NCBI GenBank assembly: GCA_002633005.1
Contig: NMRA01000663.1
Coordinates: 1 to 64,000 of the forward strand
Length of the DNA: 64,000 nucleotides
Direction: 5' to 3'
Source of the DNA: Phoronis australis
Lineage: Eukaryota > Animalia > Phoronida
The notes below the pieces were generated by a model that was given only the letters and a program-made list of their open reading frames with translations, did no database searches and was not told the DNA's origin. Positions 27,331 through 39,700 of the stretch are shown one piece after another (position 1 is the first letter of the stretch; each line of letters begins with the position of its first letter). The translations under genes and the position numbers were made by a program.

Positions 27331-27477
27331 TCAGCCTCCCGCTCAGTAACGCTAGGACCTCGCTAAAAAGCAAGACTTCGCGAGATTACGTGAGATATTG
27401 CCGTGTATTTTAAATGAGAACACGTGACTTTGACTCGGGTTTAGCTAGGTCCTAGCGTAGGTCCTAGCGTCTACTGA
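27331..27477 (-). mobile_element. Second copy of the MITE at 856-988
   Basis: Reverse complement of 856-988, with TIR-like ends tcagtaacgctaggacct / aggtcctagcgtctactga. Confidence 0.8.
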
Positions 27478-27612
27478 ACGCACGCCAGGTGTACAGTATA
27501 TGTCACCAATAGGCGGCGTGACAAGTGTCTCATTAAGTGCATTCGGAGCACAAATAAACCTACGCCATGCAGGACGCACTACTAGGTCGCAAGTTTTAAT
27601 TCCAACAAATTC

Positions 27613-27763
27613 ATGGCGGCGCATTATAAGGGGCTGACCCCTCCCCCCACACTTATTTCAGTGCTGCACCGCCCGTGGTCACATAGGCGGCGCACCATAC
27701 TATAGGGGGCTGGGGGGACTACAGTCCCCACTTCTAGTATTTCAGGTGCTACGCCGCCCATGA
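27613..27763. mobile_element. Two adjacent tiny MITE-like units with catgggcggcg-type inverted ends
   Basis: catggcggcgca...tgcaccgcccgtg followed by cataggcggcgcacc...ggtgctacgccgcccatg, each with an internal gggg/cccc motif. Confidence 0.55.
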
Positions 27764-28052
27764 AATTGTAGGCCTAGTAGGCCCTACAATTCACACGCCT
27801 GTGATCCATGCGCAGTACTACAACTTTCTGAGAATCGAAATCAATTACGTGGCTTGACCCAAGATGAATTAGGCCTACTGGTCCAATACTGACGTTAGTA
27901 AATTTGGAACTGTTGTAGAATAAAGGATCCATGTTCCCAACAGCACACCAGTATCAAGGTTGCCATGGTTTCAGCGTGGCATTGCCTTTAGGTATAATTA
28001 ACACATGTTCATTAGCAACTTCAATCCCATCTCGTTACACTTCCTGTCATTG

Positions 28053-28272
28053 ATATGACGCACAGTATTTACCGTTGCTGAGTCCTTATTTTTTACCATT
28101 TTATTGTTTTTGAATTGTTTGGAAGAGAACCTGCACAAGCTACACAATTTCAGGGCGTCTACAGTCCAATTGTTTAGCTATTTGTATGCATATGACACCT
28201 AGTATTTGTAGTTGCTGGGTCTTTAATTTTCACTGTTCTATTGTTTTTGGATTGTTTGGACAAGAGAAGGAG
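28053..28272. repeat. Diverged direct repeat, period ~137 bp
   Basis: atatgacgcacagtatttaccgttgctgagtcc...ttgtttttgaattgtttgga vs atatgacacctagtatttgtagttgctgggtct...ttgtttttggattgtttgga. Confidence 0.7.
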
Positions 28273-28275
28273 TTT

Positions 28276-30248
28276 TCACAAAGTCTCACTTGAAATTTCA
28301 AGTTTAGTCCACCAACTGAACACGTTGAAGTTATCTGCACAGTGATTGTCAGTGGTTCTGATTTTTCTGTGGGAGCACCGATGAAATTTTCCGCAATAAT
28401 TGTTAGGGCATATAAAGACACGCGGGTTTGGGGGAATTTTCCTATGCGGGTCAAAGATCGTGATTTGATTCGACGTATAACATAAAAATACAAACGTTCG
28501 ATCTGTTTTTAAAACAGCCTCACCAAGTAAGTACTGTATACTCGTTAGGAAATCTGAATTGTGTTTACAACACGTGGTTGGATTCATGAAACATGACTTA
28601 CTCGGAATTGTGTATACAACACTTGCCGGGTTGGATTCATGAAGCATGACTCAGGGACGTTTATGGGCCTCATTCTTTCTCACGTCCTCCGATGTACGAG
28701 CGCTAGTCTCTTACCCTACGTTGGACGTCTTGTTTTACGTCAACTTGGGAAAGCCTTAAATTCGCGTTGTCCTTACCGTTCGTGAATGGAATTAATTCAC
28801 GTGCCGTGAGGTGCCCTGAGGGTTTATCCCATAGGACGGGTTGATAGGACGCGGACCTTGCCGGATATTTTGTATTTCTCATCGGTGATATCGTTTTGTG
28901 GATTGCAACAGTAGAAATGGTGACAGGGAGGACACTGGAATTATCACTCTAGATTTTTTTCATCAAATTGGATTGTCTTCGGTAATCGCCTCCTGGTTGC
29001 TCAGGTGTGGAAATAAGTTCATTGAAGCGACAGTTACACATTCGAATATCCGGCATCTTGAAGTTCTTCTCTGTATTACGTTTTCTCAGAGCCCTGAGCA
29101 GTGAAATCTCTTTAGCCTACACGGAGGGATCTTGCTGCCGGGAGATGGGGGTTGACAAAGTATTTTGATTCGTAGACCTACCATGCGACCGGGTTTTATT
29201 GTTGAACATTGTCACTGCCCATTAAGATTGCGTAAACGTTATGTGTATTGAATAAGAGCCATCAATTTTGAGCTCCCAGCTTATCTTTGAATGTTTTCAC
29301 TAACTATAGCTATGTTTTGAAAGAAAGTTGGTCACAAAACACTTCTGTTATTTGAAAGGCAAGCGCAAACACGCAGTCGAAACGGTAACATGTGCTATTG
29401 AAAAATCCTTGTATTCGATGTTTTTGCTTTTTATTGTACCTTTCTAACTTCAATACGGAAACGTAATACAATCGTACATTCATAAACACACATACGAATA
29501 ACCCGACACGGTTCACAACATTGAACATTGTCGAAATAATAGTGGTATCTTTGTAGACAAAATAATAACTGTTATTAAACGGTAGTCGTGTAATCTCTCA
29601 GAGAGCGTGGGATAAAATTGACAAGTGTTTACCCCGCAACCATAACATAACGGCGAACTACGACAGAGCTTAGCTTGAAAATAAGAGTGTTTACCCCGCA
29701 ACCGTAACATAACAGAGAACTGCAGTGGAGCTTGAAACTACGTGTCATGGGATGTGATCTTCAGTTACTAATCGTGAGGAAAGTAGAGGTACGGTGACTG
29801 TATGTTTCATTTTGGCAAAAATGACCATCTGAGAACTTTATTTCATTCTAATCTTCGAACTACTCGGCCGAAAATATGAGAAATCTGGTGGTATACATGA
29901 TTTTTGTGGGGTTAGAATAGGCCTATCTTTAGACATATTACATGAACTTGCTTCGACGCAGACGATTCAGAATGAAGTCTAACAATACCTTAGTCTCTAT
30001 CAGGTTGGTGAAGCCAGATTCGTTCGGTAAATAACGTTAAGCTTCATCCATTAAACGTGACACTCTAAACCCACCTTTTTCAAGAGTCAACCTTTTGACA
30101 CACCCTGGCTAAAATGTCTTACTATATTTACTCTCGAACATCCAACGGCATACCGTCTGCCATCCACGTTCTCGGTAAATCCTTTTTTGTCATCCTCAGG
30201 GTATAAATATCTGTAGAAACCCTACCCGGCGTCTTGGTGATCTGTACC
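28276..30248 (-). pseudogene. Candidate decayed spliced gene of unknown family
   Basis: Exon-like 30248-30123 (cttacttgcgtag acceptor, gtaaga donor) splices in frame to an acceptor at 29116. That frame runs 55 codons, TAG, 81 codons, TAG. A 123-codon ORF (28647-28276) follows in another frame. Confidence 0.3.
29624..29740. repeat. Two tandem copies of a ~62-bp unit
   Basis: agtgtttaccccgcaaccataacataacggcgaact...gcttgaaa is repeated as agtgtttaccccgcaaccgtaacataacagagaact...gcttgaaa. Confidence 0.85.
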
Positions 30249-31689
30249 CTACGCAAGTAAGAAGAATTTTATTCTATTCATATTATATTCCGATGGCTTT
30301 TTTAGACGTGGAAGGAGGTTCAGAATAATTCGTGACACACCTATTAGGTGGTATTTGCCTTCCTATTAACCGGAAAGTGTAATGTTAAAGCCAATAAAAA
30401 GCCCACGAGAAAGAATAACGGATAATTGTAGCAAGGAAACTGTTCAGTGGTAGGCTAACCATCTATTCACAGGACAATACTAAGAACTTCAGTTAAGTGG
30501 CTTAAACTCGATTATTTGTATTTCGTGAAAATTCACGTATTGATGGGACTCCCAGCCTGAGAAATCAGCATTGATGTAAAAAAATCAGTTGTTTCGGGAA
30601 TTCCTTAGGTTAAGCCCCAAGTCTCTGAAAGGCACATATTATTTAATTTTTGGTACCCTCAAATTAGTTGAAAAGAACGAAGGACCTATAAACGGAAAAT
30701 GCACTACTCATTTAATGGGGATGGGTGTTTGCTAAGTTGCTAGCTTATTCATGAAGGGGCGTAATGGTTAAAAACGGAGTCTAAAAATGATGGCATCGTG
30801 ACTGACTGTATACGTGGGATTAAAGCCTTGTTTTGACTAACACTCCGCGGCTATTTTATCATTCAATCTGTTACATTCTACAAACCCTGAGGAATTACAA
30901 ATGATACAAGAAGTCAACATTGTGCCACCTAGTGGTGATTGACTGTAACATTGTGTGAATGACTGGCAGTCAACGGCCAAAATTGGCGATTCGCCATAAT
31001 ATCACAAAAAACACAGCTGGTTTTATTGTTTTATAGCTCTGGTCAAAGCTGTAACTCCAACAAGTGTAGGCCTATCCCATGCAATAATAATTCAAAAATG
31101 TATTTTTGGCCGTTTATACGATAATGTCCCTGGGAAACATGGATCTTGACGTGGCTGCACTGTTTGCTTCATGAAAAACAGTGTTTGTGGTTTGCACTAT
31201 TTTGGCGGAAGTTTCGATCTGTCTGTTTGCAAAATTGCAGAGATTGAGAGTATTCGTGCATCACTTATTTCGGAGAGTTGTTAAGAACCATGTTGAACTT
31301 AAAACAACAACTTGCGCCAGTGTGGAAAGGTTCAAAACTGAAAATACCGCTAATGTTTTGTTAACTTTTTCGTAAACAAAGTAGTGGCGATATGACGTAC
31401 CGTAAACCCCAAGACCGTCAACTTTCATACGTGACGGCTAAGGCAACGGAAATCTTTAAAATCAATATAAGTTACGAAGTGAAGAGAACACATCTGACAT
31501 TTGATCCGAGATAATATGTTGTTTAGACTGGGAATTACTGCCGGTTTTATGTAAATACTACCGCCACCACTCCACAAGAGGATTACTGCCTGGTGCGCTA
31601 CTTGACTGACAGAGATATCATGAGGATCATATGCACAAGTCGTGTTAATTTAAGTTAACATCGGTCTCCCGGCTGACTTTGGATATATA

Positions 31690-31833
31690 ACGTCCTCACG
31701 TGCGGAAAGGAGCATTCGGTTAAACCGATCGTGATTCAGGACACGTGAGCATAATAACGAGCTTACAGTCGTGTAGTGATTGGGACTTTTTCTATAGTGT
31801 CACGTTGCTAGGAAACAACCAAACTGGGTGAGT
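31690..31833 (+). promoter_or_regulatory. Putative promoter/first non-coding exon with RFX X-box-like motif
   Basis: Two cacgtg E-boxes, gattgg (inverted CCAAT), gttgctaggaaac at 31804-31816, then a consensus donor g|gtgagt at 31828. Confidence 0.45.
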
Positions 31834-32854
31834 ATCAAGTACGGTAGCAGATGAAAATTGTCATAAACAACAACTTTGATCAGTAAACATATTTATTTTG
31901 CATTTTGACATATAGTATATCGTATATGGTTCATGAAATGCGAGTGTTATGTGACTTTGAACCCGTAATCATTGCCGTTATGCGTTTAACAAAAGTTTTC
32001 CCATGAAATCAATTTGTCGCTATCAAATTTGAATTAACGTATTTTTCAAACGAAGTTTTTCTACGCAAATATTTTTGCAGGGAAAAACAATCAGAATTCT
32101 GTAAAGAACTAAGTGCGTGTGAGTCATTCCTTTATCCTTTGATGGTTAGTTGTATTACTTGTAGTTGCTTGGTGAAATTACTGAAAACACTGTAAAATCA
32201 ATCGACTATTAGGGCGCAGCAAATGAAAGTGGCGAGTTTATTTCCGATTTTACTAAACCCTGTTGTAATTGTTCCTACTAAGAAAGCTTTCTAATATTTG
32301 GATAGAGTCAATTTATTGGCAAATAACTGGTTCATTAAACTTTAAGTTCTGCAGTTAGTGATTATTGAAACTTCATTGGTTTTCCGTCCACTTCTGTTGT
32401 CAATCGATAGCGGCTGTTTAATTTCGTTAACAGATGTTAATAACAAGATAGTTAATTTACTATAACATCGATCAAAAACCAGGCCTGTGTTTATTTCGCC
32501 TGTGGAACATGTCGTGACTGTGACTGTCTCGGATTACGAAAGGTAAATTCAAACCTTTTTTTTTGTATTGAAATTGTGCGAGACGTGACATTTTAGATAG
32601 ACCAAAATCATTCCGGTTGTCGTTATACCGACATCAATGTTTGGTAAAGTGTATTTTAAGTCTGACAGACAACTGAGAAAAAAATACAACGACATGCCCT
32701 GGTTTTAGTAACAATTATCTACGTGTGAATGGAATGAATACTTGTGATCCTATAAAAATATGAGTTCGCTTTGGGATGTACAAATGTGCGATAGGCTGAT
32801 TAGGAATTACTTAAGTGCCGCATCTCAGAACGTCTGGCGCCTATTCAGACTTTA

Positions 32855-34002
32855 GGCCTGTTCATGCGACTCTTTCTTGCAGAAATTTTTGCGCAATACT
32901 TTGTGGAATCGGGATTGCGGAAAAATTATCGCGCAAACGCAAAAATACCGCAATTCCAGTTTCACCAAATTTTTGCAGATTTTTGCGGAATTTATTGCGG
33001 AAAACGCTCCTGACCAGGGGCGGATCCAGGGTTTTGAGTTAGGGGGGCAGGGCACAGGAATAACCAGAATTTCGGCAGATACGCGCGCCCAGCCCTAAAA
33101 CCTAAAATGTAGGGATGCAGGGCTTTCGAATTATTGGGTTTGCGAACATTTTGACTAAAATAAAAACGGCAAACGGGGTTTGTTCAGGGCCTACGCATTG
33201 TTTCTTCACCCCCCGAGCTCCCCTGGTTGCGCGCATTTACTAGTCAGCAATTCGCACCCGAACTGCCAAATGATATTTGGTAGAACTCTAGGGGGGCCAT
33301 GGTCCCCTTGCCCCCCCNNNNNNNNNNNNNNNNNNNNNNNNNNNNNNNNNNNNNNNNNNNNNNNNNNNNNNNNNNNNNNNNNNNNNNNNNNNNNNNNNNN
33401 NNNNNNNNNNNNNNNNNNNNNNNNNNNNNNNNNNNNNNNNNNNNNNNNNNNNNNNNNNNNNNNNNNNNNNNNNNNNNNNNNNNNNNNNNNNNNNNNNNNN
33501 NNNNNNNNNNNNNNNNNNNNNNNNNNNNNNNNNNNNNNNNNNNNNNNNNNNNNNNNNNNNNNNNNNNNNNNNNNNNNNNNNNNNNNNNNNNNNGCATTCC
33601 CGCTTTATTTCCAAAAAGTCTAGAAATCTCTGTTATCTCGCTATAAAAAAATTGGTTTATCTGAAAATGTGGTCTGGCGCAGAGATTGAATTACTCATCG
33701 GCTTGTGGCGGGAAACCGTAGTGGATGTCCAGCAGTCAGGGACGAAGAAGGATGGGCCGGCTTTCGGTTAGAATCAGGAACGAAGTTGAGGTATCAGGCA
33801 AAGTTCATTTCTGTTCAATCAGTTGACGAGTCACGAGTCCTTGCAAATAGCTGCTTTTCCTCCGTTGGTATTTTCAGTTGCTAGAATAATACAGAAATTG
33901 AGGAATTGACAAGAGTCGCATGAACGCTCGCAGATTGCGGAAATTTTGACTGAACGAAATTGCCCATTTTTTCCGCAAAGCTTTTCCTCAAGTGAACGGG
34001 CC
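32855..34002. mobile_element. Non-autonomous PIF/Harbinger-type DNA transposon with Myb/SANT-like relic
   Basis: TIRs GGCCTGTTCA / TGAACGGGCC, flanked on both sides by TTA (3-bp TSD). Many subterminal ttgcggaa-type repeats. Internal WSGAEIELLIGLWRE..VQQSGTKKD (33667-33771) resembles the trihelix Myb/SANT domain of Harbinger ORF1. Confidence 0.75.
33015..33317 (+). mobile_element. MITE (caggggcggatcc terminus) nested in the Harbinger element, running into an N-gap
   Basis: Colinear with 50174-50446: ggatccagg.ttttgagttagggg...gggcacaggaataa...ccctggttgcgcgcat...agtcagcaattcgc...ggtagaa...agggggg. Confidence 0.8.
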
Positions 34003-36714
34003 TTATATTTTGTACAAACCAATAAAAAATGTTCATGGTATTAAATTGGGCAGATGTTACACGAGATCATAACATCTTACCTTATTATACCTCTACATAA
34101 GAAATGACACATTTCAAACTGAAACTCGCATTTGGCTTAATTATGGTCAACCGTCTTTATTTTCTCCCAACCTGTGAGACCACGCAAACAATAAATGTTT
34201 ATGGGAAAACAGAGACCACGCTTAAGTTCTCAAATGAAATATAGTGGGTGTAAATATCTCAATTTAACTCCATAATCCATGTGTCCTTGCTTTGTTCATG
34301 CATATGAACTTTCAGCCTCGTCAGAGCCGATTTCATGATCATGAATTTAATCCAAGTCATGTCCTAATACCTTAATTTCCCAGATGTAGGCCTACATGTA
34401 CTGTATTGTTATTCAACGTAATCACTTCCAGTTTTCATTCGTCATCCCGTGCCGTCTTGAAATACCTTGAAAACGGGTCTTCACCAATAGATGACGTATT
34501 TGTCGTAGCATTACTGAAGTTATTGCCATAAAACAACGTGACAAATGCTCGTTCAATGTGTCAAATAACATAGAGTCAATTATACTTAAGGGCACGACTA
34601 AAAACACTGGCTCAAAACAGTTGCCGTTGGTTAGTAACCGCCAAATACCCGGCGGCCACATGAGTAAATTTTAAAGACAATTGTTAGCCTCTGCTTAAAA
34701 TCTCATGTTTCAGCATTTACAAGTTAACAATGAGCAGTTACAGCCAATTGTTTGTAAGGTGACTGTTTTTATCGGAATCGACAACGGCGTGTTTTGATCC
34801 CAATTTGCAGCAACCCTTTAATGAAAACATTTTGCTGGCTCATTTCAGCTTACTAAACAAACTGATAATTTATCAATGATAACTTGTTGCCTTTAGTCTC
34901 GTGGCTGAGCACTAGTCACTTCCGATGATTTTTCGCGATGTGCGTGATCATATGACGTCCTTAGTTGAAATATTCCTTTGGCTCAGGTATCAATGGACGT
35001 TTTTGGAGACACTCTCGGTGTTAGGGCAAACGCAGTTTGGAAGTGCTGTTGGATAGGGTTGCCTTCTTTAAGTTATAGGCTTTGACCAGAGCTATAAAAC
35101 ACGAAGATTCCGATGTGTTTGTGAGACTTCATTGCAAATCAGCAATTCTCCCCTTTGGCTGCCAGTGTCATTCGCTGAAATTAAGGCCGCTGACTTAACC
35201 AGTTAAATTCGCTTGAAATACTTCGCCATTCATCGTGTGGTGTTTAGCTCCTCCTGGTTCCAGCAAACTGTATGATTACGACCACTTTAGTGTTTATCTC
35301 ATAAAATCATTTTTCTCCCCAACAATTTAATTTCAAGAAAATGCTGAAACATTGTTATAAATAATTGTTGCTGTGGACAGGACTGGTGAAACAACGTTAT
35401 TAGGTTATTACCTCCAAGACATGAAGAATAAACAAGATGAAGAATTCTTTTTTCCATTTTTGGCTCTGGAAAATTTGCTCTCCACATTTAATGTTGGCGA
35501 TTGTACAAATACGTCGCGAAATGAATTCGCTCGTAGGATTTTCATAAAGTTATCTTATCTCGTCCTAGGTTTACAAGTGCCAATAAGATATATGTAAACT
35601 CAAATGAAATAAATGGTTGTTAGCTTTGATCTTCAACGTCAGATTATCATTCTAAAACAAGGGGTAATGTTGGAGGATGCATTTGAGACAGGGCATCCAG
35701 ATGCCTATTAAGTGCAAATTCACGGTAAGTTACATTTCTTTATCAACGTAAATTGTTTTTTATTCTTCAGGCGTGCGATAGGAAAAAAATCTAAAAGACG
35801 TGGCGTAGAAGTAGAAATACGAGCTTAAGCCAAATGCCTCAAATGCCAGTAAACCGAGATTGATGTTGATTATGCGAAATCAAAGAAAAGTATTTATTGA
35901 AACATGCCATGCAGTTGGGGTTGCTCATTCAATCGTTACGTTGACGTGAGATATGCACTAAATTTAGTCAGGCAGCTGGCTGAACGCGCACCTCTTCTTC
36001 TACGCCAAGCCTTACACTGCCAAGTGTACGAAATGCATGCAAAATGTTGTGTTGAGGGAGAGTGCTAGTGCGAACATCCAATGTGACTTGCATTAATGAC
36101 AGAGAAAACGCGGTAAATCTACATGAAATTAACCGTAACTGTCTGACACTCGTAACCAATGTGAAATCGATTAGCGCTAAATAACGGCCTATTGACGTTC
36201 ATAAATTTTGCTCATCAAATGTTAATATAATCTAGGAATAACTGCTGTATTGGCGCCAAACAGCAAACTCATGCGTAGAAAATCTTTAATAATAAAACAC
36301 GAATTGTGTGATACTTCCGTGACTCCGTAGGGAACAGTATCTGTCTGTGACTTCATATAAAGACCCTAGGGACGTCAAAAGCATTTTTATAATAAAGGTG
36401 TGAATTCATTGTTTTTATCCCCATTGAAAGTGTTGTACTTGGGTTGACGTACCATTAGCATCGCCCGTATTGCGTACTGTTTCAAAACCTTGAACATTTC
36501 GTTTTTTGCAATTACTTTGCCATGTCATTTCACTTTCTTACTGCATTCGATACTTTTCTTTTTCGATGTAATACCGCCGGCAGTTATCCCGAAAGGATAA
36601 CATAAATGACTATTACTGATCCGTAAAAGAGATACAGCCATAGGTGAGGAAAACGAGAAGGCACGAACTTCACTACTTATCACTAGCTCCCTATATAGCA
36701 GACGAAATCCATTC

Positions 36715-36727
36715 GTTGCCAGGCAAC
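36715..36727. promoter_or_regulatory. Consensus RFX X-box
   Basis: gttgccaggcaac fits GTTRCC-N(0-3)-RGYAAC. Confidence 0.4.
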
Positions 36728-39700
36728 AAGTATGCATACTGTTACATCACACCGTGGGGTATTGTTTACCTGTCTCGGCTAGATATTTCCTCGACAACGT
36801 CATTATGGTTTTAATGTGCTTAAAGGCTCACTCTCTGCATTTCTCTGGCTTTGTGTTTACACCTTCATTCGGAAATTGAAAAGTCAATAAACACCGAACT
36901 TCACACTGTCACACTTCCGTCTCCGCTGCGCAGCATCTACTTGTATCCAAAGACTATTGAAGCTGAACTATCCTCGTGAGACAGAGCAGTGCGCCTCCTT
37001 TATTTGGTTACATATCTCGGAATATTAACTTACTATTTGCTTTAAAGGTATAACGTACTAAAATGTTGTTCACTGCGGATCTGGATACTATGTTTGAACA
37101 CCTGAAAAAACGCCAGAGTTAAAAGCCACCGTGCTGTTTTGAATTGTAATGGAAGAGTAAACTGGCTGTAAACCCACGTTGCGTCAAAGACGGTCGCCTT
37201 TTATTTACACCATTTACCGTTGTAAAAGTGGGCTCAACTTGTACCTTAAAATCAGACGAGAAGCGATTTCCGGGTTTATAAAACACTAACAGTTCTTATT
37301 TCTTGAGAACAAGTTCTGTGCATGAAATGACCCGCCGTAACAAGAGCATGGTCTCAAGCAGTAACGAGCTATTACTTCTCTGCAGTTATATTTACTTTGA
37401 GTAGGCTTAGGGAAATGTTTGAGACCAATTTGGTACTAGCAAATGATCTAAATCAAACGTTGCTTTTTGTGATGCAAGGTAGGTTTATAATCTCTTTAAC
37501 TGAATCCCGTGTGTATGAGCCTCCAGTACACATTTAGAAAATTGGGTAAAAATGAACTCTTTGGCTTACTTCTACACGATTTTACTTCTTACATCTCGCG
37601 CAGTAAAAAATCTAACAAATAGAGTGTAAAATTGATAAAATCTTATCCAACCCCGTCCAACCTCATTTAATACAATTTGCGACAATTCCTTTGTGACAAT
37701 ATGTAACACGTATTACACTACATATGTATGACCGAAGTATATTATGTATATATGTACCGAATCATGTAGGATTCTGCGCGATGTAGGAATATTGCTACGC
37801 TGGTTCAAAACATGTATCTACTACACGAATGCAAACGTAAGTCAATGACGTTGATCCGCGGAAACCGTGACAAATATAACATCGACTGCGGAACCATCTC
37901 AGCCAAACAACAAAATACAACACAAAACACTCATGTTCTTCTCGAGATTTCACACCTTTTTTGGCCCATCGTCAATTGTGATTGCACGCGTTGATGTGGG
38001 AGATCCGGTGAGGAAATGAAAATCGATCCTCTACTACAACACTATAGCCTGAGGTTACATAATAACATAACACGTGGTTGGAAACATTTGTTGCTTTTTC
38101 ATGCAGTAACTGCGCCTTATACGTCATTGGGTCATTAAAATTTCTGTAGACAAGTACTGTACGCCCTAACCGTTCAAGTCCAGTATAACTTCTGGTTAAT
38201 TATTGATGACAGAGCAACGGGTTTTCTCCGATTTAATTGAGTGGTCGTGTTTATAATCGATTGCATCAACATTTGCCATGTCACTGTATTTCGTTATAAG
38301 TAAGTCATCCTTGATGACGAGGCTAAGCTCCCGACACCAGGGCAACAGCAAAGAAACACCGTAACCTGATCTCTAAAATCTCGGTTTCAAATGTAAATAC
38401 GCAGTGTTGTTTTCTTACATAAAGTCAACATATCGAGTTATACCTAATGAGCTCATGCATGTTTGTTTTTAACCTAAGAAGGTGGGTTGGAGTGCTATAA
38501 TGGACCCGGCCTTTTACGGATAAAGAATTGTGGTATATACCTGTCCCTCGCCATCTGTCGGCGGCAAATGTGGTTGTACGTTATCTGGTTTCTTATTTGG
38601 TTGATTTCGTTCGGCTCGACTGCCGGTGTCCCACAATCTATTGCAGATATCACCACAAATCTCGAACCGTAAAAATTGCGCAATGAAAGGCATTCATTTC
38701 TGCAAGAGTGTCAGTAGTATGTTATACGTGCAACAATTTTGATAACATCCTCAATCCAAACCGAAATTGAATCGACAACTTTGTTCGTTCAAAAGAGTCA
38801 TTTTAAAGTTATGCATGGGACCTTGTCGATAGCTTGTGTATTTTAGCTAAATATCTACAAAACCCTACTGAGATGTTTAACTCAGTCACATTAGCAAGCC
38901 TGTACAGTTTGGTTTCTGACTTCACAGCAAATCAAAGGCATCAAAAACATCACCCCAAAATTCGCTAGACATTAACTCCAAAAGTTTTCTAAATTGACAT
39001 TTCATTTTTTTTAACTTTTGAGTTGTTTCATAAAACCACAGTATCTCATACAAAAGCTGTGCCTGCCAGTGTGAGAAAGTTTAACCAAATGGACGAATGG
39101 CATCTCCCTCGAGCAAAGCGCTGGGTGTCACGGAAAGTTTCACTACATATATTATGCAAGGGAAGTTGAAATAAAGTTTTATGGGAGCCAAAATTACGCA
39201 CTTTGATAGGATTATAATAGTGTACCTTTATGAGATCACTGAGAGATAAGATGAGCTCCTTAGACTCCACTATAGATTGTTATTACAAACCCGCTGGGAA
39301 ACGTTAACATAATACGTCTTCCTTGACAATTTAATTCCTTTAATCGGCAATAAAGACACGGAAATTGGAGTAATCACATTTTGACCTGTTGTGGAACTGA
39401 ATTATACGCATTCGATGAAAAGGCCGACTCGTAAATGTCTTTAGTGACGGCTGTGTAAACACTCGTATCGACTAAACGAACCGAAACAGGGAGCATCTCT
39501 TTTATTTGTGTCGTTTTCTATTAATATATCTGATAACTGAGGCCATGTTTCAATGGAAACAAACGGCGAAGTCCTTAAATTGTCGTCCTTGCATATAGAA
39601 AGGTTCCTCTTTATTTTCAGTAAAATTTAGAATAGAACGAAGAGTTTATCAAAGCTAAATTGCGACCTAGGCATGAAAATGAAATAACACAGGAGCAACC

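Noticed and set aside
33180-33646. ORFs spanning the first N-gap
   Set aside because: Open only because N translates as X.
30955-35175. Inverted ~100-bp repeat pair (30955-31060 / 35070-35175) as TIRs of one 4-kb transposon
   Set aside because: The copies are diverged, and there is no TSD or transposase between them; more likely independent fragments of a dispersed repeat.
35725-35770. gtaagt...ttcttcag intron-like segment
   Set aside because: Only 46 nt long, with no coherent flanking ORF.
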